Positions 34,087-45,055 of a stretch of 64,000 bases of DNA are shown one piece after another (within the stretch, counting starts at the first letter, position 1; every line of letters starts with the position of its first letter). The stretch comes from Amphiscolops sp. MND2022 (Eukaryota): the NCBI GenBank assembly GCA_964187785.1, contig OZ076409.1, positions 59,336,001-59,400,000 of the forward strand. The letters run 5' to 3'. The notes under the pieces are model-generated. The model did no database searches. It saw only the letters and a program-made list of their open reading frames with translations, and was not told the DNA's origin. The translations under genes and the position numbers were made by a program.

Positions 34087-36916
34087 ACTATAAACGACTC
34101 AAGCTAATAAGCAAAATTTCATAATGTTCCAAAAAGTTTCAATTTTTGGGAATCTTGATGTAATGGTTGAGACATTAGACTTGTTTGACTAAATTTCTAA
34201 TACCGTCAACTCACTACTGTTGGGCTTTGGGCACTTTTTTCCTCGTAATTCAGTGGAATTTACCACCTTTTACCACTTGTGTACTAGCTGTAATTAGTGT
34301 ACCCTATCTTGCTATGAGGAGCAAAGCTCTGTTTCAGAAAAACATATTTGCTTATTCGGCTTTTCAATTGAACTTTCATTAGCTTTGTTCTCAACTATCG
34401 ATTGTTTGACGCATTATCATACTTTTGTAAAAAAGAAAATGGAGTTTTTGTAGTTTTTTCATTTTTTTGTGAGAATGAGTTTCCACAATGTTCAACAACA
34501 AAAAGAATTCGTGTTTTTTGGATTGTCTGGTGAAGGTGTTGTTTTTCAAAAAAGGGAAAAGATGAACCAAAAATATAATTTTTTCTCATGATTTTTCTGT
34601 TTTTTTTTCTGATTACATCCGAGTCCTGAGAGTATGCCATAGCTGAAATAAATGTGTGCGGAAACTTTTTCGCTTCCCAGCGATCATCTCGTTGTATTTG
34701 TGGCGTTTTTACTGTAGAAAATTATTCTCGTGTGGTGCATTCTATTAAAAATGGCAAAACCAGTGCTTTGGTTTTATTCCATCTGATTTCCAGTGGGAGT
34801 CTGTCAATCAAACTGATAACGAGCGGTTCAGAAAAGGAAAGTGTTTTATTTCCAATTTTTGCAAAAAATTAATCGCGCATTTTTCCCGAAGTTGCTTTAA
34901 TGAAATTAGCACTGGATAATGACATTGCTTTGTACAGCATAGAGTGAATTATGTCTGTTTTCTGTTGAATTTTGATCTTTAATACTTTTTCACTGCTGGA
35001 ATTTTTGAAACAATTGTCAGATAACGACTGAAACACTTGTCTCAAGTCTCTTTTTGGAAGAAAAGCTTTTAACTTATCAAAAAGTGCAAATCAAATGAGA
35101 AGACACCACAAAAAACTTCCTAAAATAGACAAAAAACTATGAAAATGTAATTTGCTAAATTTAATAATTTTCCACTCCTAATCAGCTTTAAAAGCTTTTT
35201 TCTTTACACCTGTTGAATGCTTTTTGGCTGAAAATAGGTTTAAAATTCTAGCAAATCAGACTCGATAAATCATCATTAGACATTTTCCTCCTTGTTTACT
35301 AGTCAGCTTGGATGATTTTCGAACAAAACAGCGCGGTGAAAACGGATTCAGCTAAATACAAAAGCGATTAAGGCGTTCGTGAATTTTCGTACAGAATTAG
35401 AAAACGGAAAAAAAGGCAATATCAATAGAAAGGGACGCCAAAAAGCACTATTTCATCTTTTGCCGTCGGCTTTTTATCAGATAACAATAATATTGGGCTC
35501 TGTTTAGGGCATTGCTGATAGAAATCACGACAATTGTCCTGGAAATGAAACGCTTTCCTTTCTCGATGTTTGAAGAAAGCGTATAGCTATTGATAAGTTA
35601 CATTGAAACGAATTCCCATCCTGGTGAAAGAGAACTCACTTTCACTGAAGTATTAAAGAAAGCACCAATATTTTATAATGACAATTTCTTCCCGAAAATT
35701 AGATGCACGTTGCTAACGTAGGGAAAACTTCAAAAGTAACACACTTCAACAAAGAAAATTCCTCCCGAGAGCTTGAATTGATGGGTCCACTCTCCAGAAA
35801 ACTTATTCGAAAAAATAACGTTCCCTTTACTCCGGGGCTATTGGTGAAATAACTTTTTAATCTTACAAAATTTTCAGTAGTTATAGAAAATTGAAATCTA
35901 TGTTTTTTGGACATTGGTTCTTCATTTTATACCAATGGCGCGACAAATCGGGATAAAAAGTGAAAAGCAAAAAATGTGATCAGACTTGCAGTTTTGGGGT
36001 AAAAATTGGCTCTGTGGTTCACAAATACAGAGCGAATTCATCAAATTTCTGTGTTAGTTGACTACCTTAAGCTGGGTCTCAATCTGTTTTAGTGACTCAT
36101 GTTGTTCGAGGAAACCGTGAGCTATTTCACTGTAGAAATATTTTTCATCTCAGGTAAATTTTTCTACACCAGATGTCTTCGATAATTTTTCTTGAGCTAT
36201 GACTGGCTAAAAGATTATCAGGCAATTTTATTCCCGCTGTCTTTACTATGTAATTCATGTAGGTCTTAACATGTGAAATGACATGCTCATCAATCGATTC
36301 TGTCCAGAATCAGTGACTTTTGCTCTAATGCAAAGTGATATTTCACTGCTCAAGTCAACGTTCTTTAAAGAAATCTCGAACAGTTTGAATTCCTTCAATT
36401 TCACTCGCGAGCCGTTGCTCAAGAAGCTCCTAGTCTCACGTCAGAGGAGAATGTTCAAATGGGAACCCTTTGCTTCTTCAATGATTTTAAGATGGATGGC
36501 AATTAAATGGGAACAATTCGGATGTCTCGGAAAGGCAGCATTTACGCCTGCACTCTGCTGAGCAAATGAACCTAAAACGCATGAAATTTTGCCTGAAAAA
36601 TTCAGGTGGCAAGGGGTACCATGAGAAATTCCTGAAAAGGGAACAAATTTCCCTTTAAAAACGCAGTAAAAACCGTATGAGAAAAATCTTATGTTTTCCA
36701 GCAAAGAACACAACTTTTCGGAGACTGATTGCCTGAAGTAGATCAGCGATTGATGCGGGTGCAAGTTCGCCAGTGGTTATATTACCAATTAAAGTGACTT
36801 TTCAAAAGGTAGTAATATGCGTGACGTTGGGGCAGACCCACGAAGCAGATTCTGGAACCATTAGTAAATCAACCATCTTTTTAAAAAAACCAAAACCCTG
36901 AACCAGTTACTTTTTT

Positions 36917-37309
36917 GGTTACATGTCAAAATCTCCTAAGTTAAAATCTCGTAGACCTAAATCTCCTAGGTCAAAATCTCCTGAAATTAGAATAAAAGAA
37001 ACTCATCGAAAAACAACTTGCCAACTTAATTGAAGCGGAAAGCTGTTCGCGTAGGAACAAAGGCTAACCTCAATTTTCAACCAATTTCAAACTTAATTGC
37101 AAACCTTCACTCATTAGTCAATTATGTAATAATCTTTCAATGACTGTCTCAGCTTTTAATGCTTAATCAAAGTTACTTTCACACTATGAAATTCAATTTA
37201 GGAGATTATGACCTAGGAGATTTAGGTCTAGGAGATTTTAGCCAAGGAGATTTCGGTCTAGGAGATTTTAACTTAGGAGATTTTAACTTAGAAGATTTAT
37301 CCTGATACC
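36917..37309. mobile_element. Mutator/foldback-like MITE with 15-bp subrepeats
   Basis: GG...CC termini; AAATCTCCTA-core 15-mers at left and TAGGAGATTT-core 15-mers at right; 8-bp direct repeat ACTTTTTT on both flanks (36909-36916, 37310-37317). Confidence 0.75.
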
Positions 37310-38599
37310 ACTTTTTTTTTGCAAAAACCATTTTTAAGCAATGGAGCTTCATTTTGAATTACAGGTGCAATTGCGGAAAAATCTGGTTGAAAAGTTGGAA
37401 ATAAGCTATTGTACCAAGATTTCGAGGTATTATAAAAATGCTCTTTGATTGAGGACCCTGGTTAGAACTGCTTGAACTTTTTATAAGTTTTTGTATGTTG
37501 CCAAGCTACCTTTCCATGATTTTATAAAATTCTCAAAGAAACATCCCTGCATTGAAACTCACTGATTCAGTTTAATTTTATCCAGCTGCCTATGAGATGC
37601 ATCCTAAATTTGACGGCAATACTGCGCCGCAAAGTTTTGCAGGTTTCATTAAGACGCTGTTCTAATTTTGAAAGCAGCTGAGATCTTCATCAATTTTGCT
37701 GCGATATTATTGCAAAGTGGAATTGTTTTCAAATTTAATTCAAAAAGTGAAGGCTGCATTGTAATCCCGCAAAATGTTTTCATGCAGGCTCCCGGAACTT
37801 TCCATGTTTTGTAAAAAAAAATTAGTAAAAAATGTAAAAAAAAATTCAAGCAATCTCGACTAAGAGAATGCACAAGAGGTTCATCAATTGTCAGCCTTAG
37901 TTGTTAACTATGCTACTATGCTAATTCTTAGCACCTTTGAATGGCTTGCTGCTCAAAGAAACCGATGCTTTTTTTGCTGAAGGAAACTCAGGTACTTTTT
38001 GTACCCCAGATATCTTCGTTGATTTTGCAAACACAAGTTGTGGTTGCTCAAGGTATTATTAAACAATTTACCCCAGATGTTTTTAAAGTGTTTTTTCAAA
38101 ACTGAACGTTTCAGTGTCAACCTTTGTTTTCAAAGCGAAAACAAGGAAAAACAACATGCAGTTCGGTGCAAAAAGAATGTGGCGGTCCGAAAAAAACATG
38201 AGAACGTTTTCTGGAGAACAAGTTTTCGGATCTATGGAGTTTTCCTTTTAGTCCCCAATATTTGAAAAACAAAACGTGTAAACATTCAAACTCGAACATC
38301 ATGGACCGGTACTTTGTGATGTTTAAAATTTGCGACTTTCGCTTCGAACAAGGCTGTATTTTCCGCCCGAATCATAATCGTAGATCATCACTTCAAGTGA
38401 ACGAAAATACTTAAAACCTTACCAAAATGCTCAAAATTGAAAATCATTCAGAATTCGATTGATGGTATATTTTATTTTTTTGATAAAAATAGACCTACAA
38501 TATTGTTCAAACAAAACGCTCTGTGTGATCAACTGTCCTCTGTCTCGTGAAAAATGGGCGAAAAATTTTAAAAACAGTTTTCATGCAAAATAACCTAAC

Positions 38600-38783
38600 C
38601 ACTTCATGAAGGGGTTGAACACGTGGGTGACAGGGAAACAGCAGATGTTGTGGTTCTTCTGGCTTTCCTCTGGCTCCGAGTTGTTAGAATTGATCTCCGA
38701 GTCGATCACCGTCTTCGGCTCAAGGGGTGTGATCTCGTCCCCCTCACCCTCACGGTCTGCCCCATTGTGCTCCGTCGTCTCGT
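38600..38783 (-). CDS. GPCR exon, distal third intracellular loop
   Basis: Acceptor TTTTTGCTTAG, donor TG|GTTAGG; 184 nt, phase 1 to 2; GC-rich open frame ETTEHNGAD...VFNPFMKW joining in frame to LRELDYERKL. Confidence 0.8.
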
Positions 38784-38791
38784 CTAAGCAA

Positions 38792-38930
38792 AAACAAGCC
38801 GGCATCAGCGTAAGTCGGCGCCCCGCATAAGACTCAAAGAGAGCCGCGGCAAAAGTACTTCAAATCGTCCAGAAATCACTCAACTTCACAGTACCAAAAA
38901 GAACAAAAAAGGGGACCCTTTGGGCTTAAA
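38792..38930 (-). mobile_element. 3' terminal fragment of a HINE abutting the GPCR splice acceptor
   Basis: AACAAGCCGGCATCAGCGTAAGTCGGCGC...TAAGACTCAAA matches the family 3' terminus. Confidence 0.65.
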
Positions 38931-38935
38931 AGGAT

Positions 38936-39581
38936 TTTTTAGTCGTCACATTTTCCTCTAAAGGAAAAAGCCCGACTATTACAGTGACTAGTTTTTTTCG
39001 TCAGACAACAGAATGTATGTGTAGTGGACAATTTTTACCTACTAAGCTACTGGACCGGCAAGCGGAAATGCATCTAAGTTGGTGCAAAGGGTCCCCCTTT
39101 CATTTATTCCATCTTTAACGCAAGATAAAAAACCGGACGAGACTATAAAGTCCCCCTTTGAATTTTTTCAGCACTGTGCGACTTTTTTTGGAACGTTTTT
39201 TTTGTCTTCAAAGGGTCCCCTTCAAATTTTTGACTTTTCGCAGCAAACTGGGGTTTCAAAAAGCACAAAAGGTGTCCCTTTTTAAGTTTTTCGGTATTAT
39301 GAGACTGTTTCAAAATTCTCTTTTTTAGTCTGAAATTGGGGTTTCTCAATATATACCCACAAATATGTTTTTTCAATACAATCTGAAATTTTGACGTAAT
39401 ATCCGGAGTAAAGCGCTGTATCCAAATTTCTGACGTTATATCCGAACTTTATTGCGTATTACTAAGAAGGAGCCGGAAGTTCGAAAACAGGAGTTTTTCA
39501 TGGAAACGTCCAACGCATATTTTGAAAACTGCGCTTTTTTAGCCTTAGATTTAGCGCCGACTTTAAACGTTCTCATCTTGC
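38936..39581 (+). mobile_element. HINE/DINE-1-like element
   Basis: 5' TTTTTAGTCG...GCCCGACTATTACAGTG; 3' AGCCTTAGATTTAGCGCCGACTTTAAACGTTCTCATCTTG. Confidence 0.7.
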
Positions 39582-39831
39582 TGCTGTTTTCTTCTGACCA
39601 GAAACATCAAAAACCAAAGCGAGAACCTTTTTGTCAATTAAGTATATTTTCAAAAAAGCCGTGCAGTCCCCAAAATACCTTATTAGGTCTCGAAAAAACC
39701 TATTTGGTTCGAATAAATATGTGAAAGTAGAAATGAGAAAAGTCTTCCAATTAATTTCGCAATTTGCAGAATTTTTGTAGAATTCTGAATTTTGGCATTC
39801 GGCATGAAAATGGTCACTTCACTAAAAAAAT

Positions 39832-40050
39832 TTATTCTAAGCATTAAAACATCGATGATGTTTTCCAAACAGTGTTTACCAATCTTTTGTTTTAACAGTA
39901 ATGTTTCGCAAATAAAAATATAGTTAGGTGTACAAAATGTACCTTTTGTACATCTAACTATAATTTTGTTTGCGAAACATTACTATTAAAACAAAAGATT
40001 GGTAAACGCTGTTTGAAAACCATCACCATTGTTTTTAACGCTTAGAATAA
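39832..40050. repeat. Near-perfect palindrome (~106-bp arms, ~6-nt loop)
   Basis: TTATTCTAAG...TTTACCAATCTTTTGTTTTAA...TGTACAAAA, loop TGTACC, then TTTTGTACA...TTAAAACAAAAGATTGGTAAA...CTTAGAATAA. Confidence 0.9.
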
Positions 40051-40146
40051 TTTTTCATTATTAGTTTTTATAAAATCTACACACTTCTTGCAGATGAACA
40101 CTGCAACAAATTACAATCTTGCAAATGTTTTGTGTTCTTGATATAC

Positions 40147-40287
40147 CTTTATCTGCGTTGACGTCTATGTCGGCAGCTTGCGGGTCGGTGTCTTTGGGGA
40201 CGGTTTGTACATTAAGCATCTGAATCGAAGTTCGCCCGGACATGATTGACACTCCTTGGCTGCACGAGAAGTTGTCGACCGTTATTG
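40147..40287 (-). CDS. GPCR exon, third intracellular loop
   Basis: Acceptor TTTTTTCCAG, donor AAAG|GTATAT; 141 nt, phase 1-1; ITVDNFSCSQGVSIMSGRTSIQML...VNADK. Confidence 0.75.
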
Positions 40288-40753
40288 CTGGAAAAAAGCG
40301 TCAGTTGTAACAGGTACTGGATGTCAAAAATATCAGAAATTGAGTTTTAAAGTTTGGATTTTGGGATAGAGATTTTAAACAAAAACGTTCTCAGGTCATA
40401 AGATGGCAACGGGCCACGAACGACCGGCCGTTCACGAGAAATATACGAATCGTGGATGGTTAATCATAAAATGATATGTTGATAATACATTGATACACGG
40501 TGAACTGGTTATACAAGATTCCCTTTAATGATTTTATTTTCGAGCCAGTAATTTAGTAATTCTTTCCATTGTTGATTGAATAAGTGGAAGCTGCCTTGTA
40601 ATCCTTCAAAATTGTTGCACGCCTCTTCTCGGTTTTCCCTGCTTTTAAAAACTTAAGCCGTACATACACGAAAGCAGCATGGAAAATTTTCCAGCAGGTT
40701 CAACCAGGACAGTTCTTCCTTAAAAGATTGTAAGAAACGTTCTTTATACGCAC

Positions 40754-41048
40754 CGGGTACATTGCCTTGTATGAGCTTCCCCTGCTTATGTTTGTTCTTG
40801 CAATTGTTTGTGCTGTTTCCGTACTTCGTGCCCTCGTGACCTTTCTTTGACACCGAGACCCCACCCAAGGGTGACCCCATGCCAAGGATGCCGACCCTCT
40901 CTTGTTGCTTTGCATCTGGGTCCTCGCTGTGTGCACCTACTTGTTGAGTGACGTCTGGCCCCGCCAACCCGTCCTTAGTGGCCCGGAACATGACCCGGGG
41001 TCGCCGCTGGTTCTGGCCTTGGCATCGGGGGGCCATATTCGTTCTCAC
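40754..41048 (-). CDS. GPCR exon, proximal third intracellular loop
   Basis: Acceptor CTTTTCAG; only frame 0 is open (VRTNMAPRCQGQNQRRPRVMFR...QGNVP); phase-1 donor G|GTGCGT chosen because it fits the next exon, so the donor position is less certain. Confidence 0.7.
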
Positions 41049-41876
41049 CTGAAAAGCCTCCAAAATGAAACTTCCCACTTTACCCTTCAGCCCCAAACTT
41101 GATTCAAGAGTTTAGTGAATGTTTGACAGGTTTTTAAACTCTTCAGTTAAAACTGCCTAAACTTTCATTCTACAACTCCATTTGGTAAATTTTTAGTAAA
41201 AAGACCAATTGAAATGCATGTTTTCAACAAAAAAAAAAGAAATTTCAATAGTAAAGCATTCTTCAAAAAACGAATTAAAATTACCCTAATGGAAAAGTCA
41301 AAAAGATGTTACAGAAAATGTTTGGCTTATTCCGAAAGCTCATTGTTAGAATTATTGGAATTTTTCATGTTAGAAATTTCATGTCGTATCTCGGGATAAT
41401 TTGTGGAAGTTAAGGAAGTGAGCCCAGTTCGTTGAATTTTTTGATTTTTTTTTCGTTTCATGTAGAATTTTTTCTTACTGTTTACAAATTCGAACAATCG
41501 AGCAGCCTTCATTATTAAAATCATCTTAAAAACCCAAAAATTATGCTAAATACTGAAAACTTTTGCTGCAAGCATGTACAAACATGGCTGAAATGACCGT
41601 GTCATGAAATGATAATGTTTATTCAACCATGAACTCTAAACCATTTTTACTCGTTGAGTGGGGTGTGAATTTTACTGCGGGCAAAGCCTACATACGCCTC
41701 CTTACTTTAGAAACGTATACAAATCCGATATTTTGTTACTCTGTAGTGACGTAAATTTGGATGCGCATCTCTGGTATAATTCCTCAAGAAAAAGTATCAA
41801 TTAATGTAAGCAGGCTATATGATCATGTGGGGAAAATAGATGTTAAATATTGTTTAAAATTATGTTACATTATTTT

Positions 41877-42138
41877 CTTGAGCAAATTGGTTTCAAATAC
41901 AACAATTACTTGAAAGGAAATCACAGTCAGCTGTAAAGCTTATATTAGAACTAATTTTTTCCTGAAAACTAAGAAAATTTTTCTAAATCGTCACATGATT
42001 TTTTTAATAATAAGTGTTCCATATTCCTATATTTTCATGCGCTGATTTTCAAGCGAAAAAGTAGTTCTAATGTAAGCTTTACAGCTGAAAGTGATTTTCT
42101 TTCAAGAAATTGCTGTATTTGAATCCAATTTGCTCAAG
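41877..42138. mobile_element. MITE with ~80-bp terminal inverted repeats
   Basis: CTTGAGCAAATTGG...CAGCTGTAAAGCTTATATTAGAACTA versus TAGTTCTAATGTAAGCTTTACAGCTG...CCAATTTGCTCAAG, followed by TA. Confidence 0.75.
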
Positions 42139-44506
42139 TAAAACAAACTCATTAGATAGCAACTAAAATATGTTGAGAAAGAATCTAAATTAGCGTTGAA
42201 AATTTTGAACTGGCGCAGAACTGAAACTGCCTCATTTTTTAGATAGAAACTTCTAAGGCATACTTTATTTGCGGAGAAGGATATGCCAATACGGCATTTT
42301 TAGGCTTTATTGATTCAAAGACCAATTAGTAACTTTTTTCTATTGACGTCAAATTTAATCACAACTGAAAAATTTTACTTACATTTAAAGCTTTAAAATT
42401 AGTTCATTTTCGTGTTAATCTTTGTGGAAATAATTTTTTTAGACACAAAGAGCATTGAATTTTTTGAGACTTTGAATATGCTAAGAAACACTTTGTTCGA
42501 TATTTAGTTCAAGTGAAGAAATTTGGAAAATAATTCTATCTAAGTATTTCATAGAAGGTTGTTCTATAGCTCTTAATTAATTTTAAAAAAATATGATAGG
42601 AAAAACTGAAGAAAAATTGATGTTGAAGTAGCCACCTTTATGAAAAACATTGACTAAATGTATAATTAGCTTATAATAAACCATCTGTACTCTATTATTT
42701 GCCCAATTAAAACTGATGTTCCAACTTGAAAGCCACTGATCTTTGGCAGTTTTTGAATACTTTATGAAAAGAAGAAGCGATAAACGTCCTATCGGTTGAT
42801 AATACATGTATATCAAAATATGAGAGCCTCCAAAGGCTTTCTGATAGAATGGTTCTATGTATAATCCCAAGTACACTCAATATAGAATTATTGACTTTGG
42901 CGGATAAGTTTCACAAAGGATACAATTTTTCAAAAGTGAAATTTTCCAAGGTTTACTAGACGTGATGCTGCGATTTGCCATGTTTAAAACCATCCAATGG
43001 TCGTGGTAATCATGAATCATATATTCAATTTTCGATTATCACGACAATTGAATGGTTCCAAACATGGCAAAACCACATCACGACTTGTTTGGGGAAAAAT
43101 CTATGCAAAAAATTTGGTATCTTGATGTGAAGTATAATACAAAAAAATTCCGTACCGGAAGCATCAACGTATTTTTTTGCTAAAAGTTTTATAAACTGGT
43201 TCCACATAGCAATATGTTATTTTTAATTTTTCTCCTATTTGCCAGACACTAGCCATGCCGTCAAACTAGATTGTCTGAGAATTTTCATCTCAACTATCTG
43301 TCAAAAATATAGCAATGCATAAATTATGAAAACGTTTGGAAAACGTGGGTAAACTTCAAAAGTGATAAATTAATTCTGTCATGTCTGATGTCAAGCACTT
43401 AGATAGATATTGTTCTCTGGATAGACTCAATGGCTGAAGCAATAAACTTCGAATTAGTATCAAATTTTTCATTCTCCCGAAACGGTGGAAAAAATGCTTT
43501 CCATAAACACTCTTGAGACTTTTTCTCCAGCTAATTTATTCTCTCCAATTATTGCAGATATTCGAAGACTGTTTATTTCAATTGATATTTTCCCCTACTA
43601 TTAAACTGACAGGGCAATTTTAACAAAGAAGATTTTTGCCGATCACTTTTCTTGAAAATGTTTAAAGCGGTTAAATGTCAAGTTTGATGACGCAAGCTTG
43701 CTGAATCAATGTCCAAAGTGGCTCAATAATTATCTTAATTTCTCAAAAATCGGACATTTTTGTTGTAACAGAAGATACAGCGAGACATGAGCAAAAGCAT
43801 TAGTAAGTAAAATGATTTCTAAAAAGTTGAGCTGTAACAATTTTCACTGAAAGCAAGATAAATTTTCTAAATTAGGCTTTTTTAGGGAAACACTTTAGGC
43901 GAAAGATAAATTCAATGACTGCGTAACACTAGCCTTTTGTCTACTACACATAAAACCGTTGGTAATTCGGTGGTTCTTATCTCAAATAGGAATATATGAC
44001 GTGACTAACAAGTAAGAAAACTTGATACTTAGCTTCCCATAAATTTGTCTGATTTCTGGTTAAGTGACGTTCCTTCCGTCAATTCGATTTCTGTTTCGTC
44101 TGTTTCACAGAAACACAGCGCACTGTCGAATTATTCGACGTAAGACAGTAATTTTACTGGTTTTTTGAGTGAAATAATAGCCTTAAAGTAATGGTAAGGT
44201 CGTTTATCTGACAGAAAGCAACTCCAACTGACGTTTTGCAGGGCTATTTGGAAGAAGGCATTTTATTTTTTGTTTGCAAGACACGTACGTCAGATATTTT
44301 ATAGATGTAATAAGTTCAGAAATCTTCTGCTCTACCAATTCGGCAACTGTATAGTTTTCAAGCATCCAGAATCTTCAAGCGTCGAATAACGATAATAAAC
44401 CATTAGTGCAAGATACTCAATGCAAGAATTTTGAAAGAAAAAGGAATTACAACCAAAATAAGCTGAATGTGTTGAAAAAAACAACAAACACCTGCCGTAG
44501 GTTTCT

Positions 44507-45055
44507 TTTTAGTCGGCGCATTTTAGTAAAAAATGTGCCCGACTCTTACAATGGGTAGTTTTTTTCAGACGCGTAAGGTCCACTTTTTTGTTCATTTGTT
44601 CAACAACGTCAAACCTCAACAACTTCGAACCTCAACAAGTCGAACCTGAAAAGCGCGTCCAAAACGAAAAAAAGAAACAAAACAGACGTCCAGAACCTCG
44701 AAATCACACTAAAGATCCCCCATAGCCCCACTTTTTTTCGGCACTGTGCGACTTTTTTTGAAACTTTTTGGATTGCACCAAAGGGTCCCCCCTTCATTTG
44801 TTTCGACATTTTGCAACACAATGGATGTAGAAAAACCCAAAGGGTCCCCCTTTTACATTTTTCGGCACTGTGACACTGTTCAAAAATCTCATTTTAAAAA
44901 GTTTTTGGGAAATTTTTTCAAGTCCCCAAAGGGCTCGCCTTCAATTTTTTTTCATATTTTGCAACCAGCTGGAGTTTCACAAAGCCCGAAGGGTCCCCCC
45001 TTTTACAATTTTGAGCCTTAGATATAGCGCCGACTTTGGCCGTTCTCGGCTTGTT
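44507..45055 (+). mobile_element. HINE/DINE-1-like element, canonical copy
   Basis: T-tract insertion; 5' subTIR AGTCGGCGC with nearby inverted copy GTGCCCGACT; 3' subTIR GCGCCGACT followed by hairpin GCCG-TTCT-CGGC and TTGTT; no TSD. This is the architecture of Helentron-associated elements. Confidence 0.85.

Noticed and set aside
42583..42876. Hydrophobic minus-strand ORF as the missing GPCR TM exon
   Set aside because: AT-rich unlike the accepted exons, no DRY or other class A motif, no convincing splice sites.
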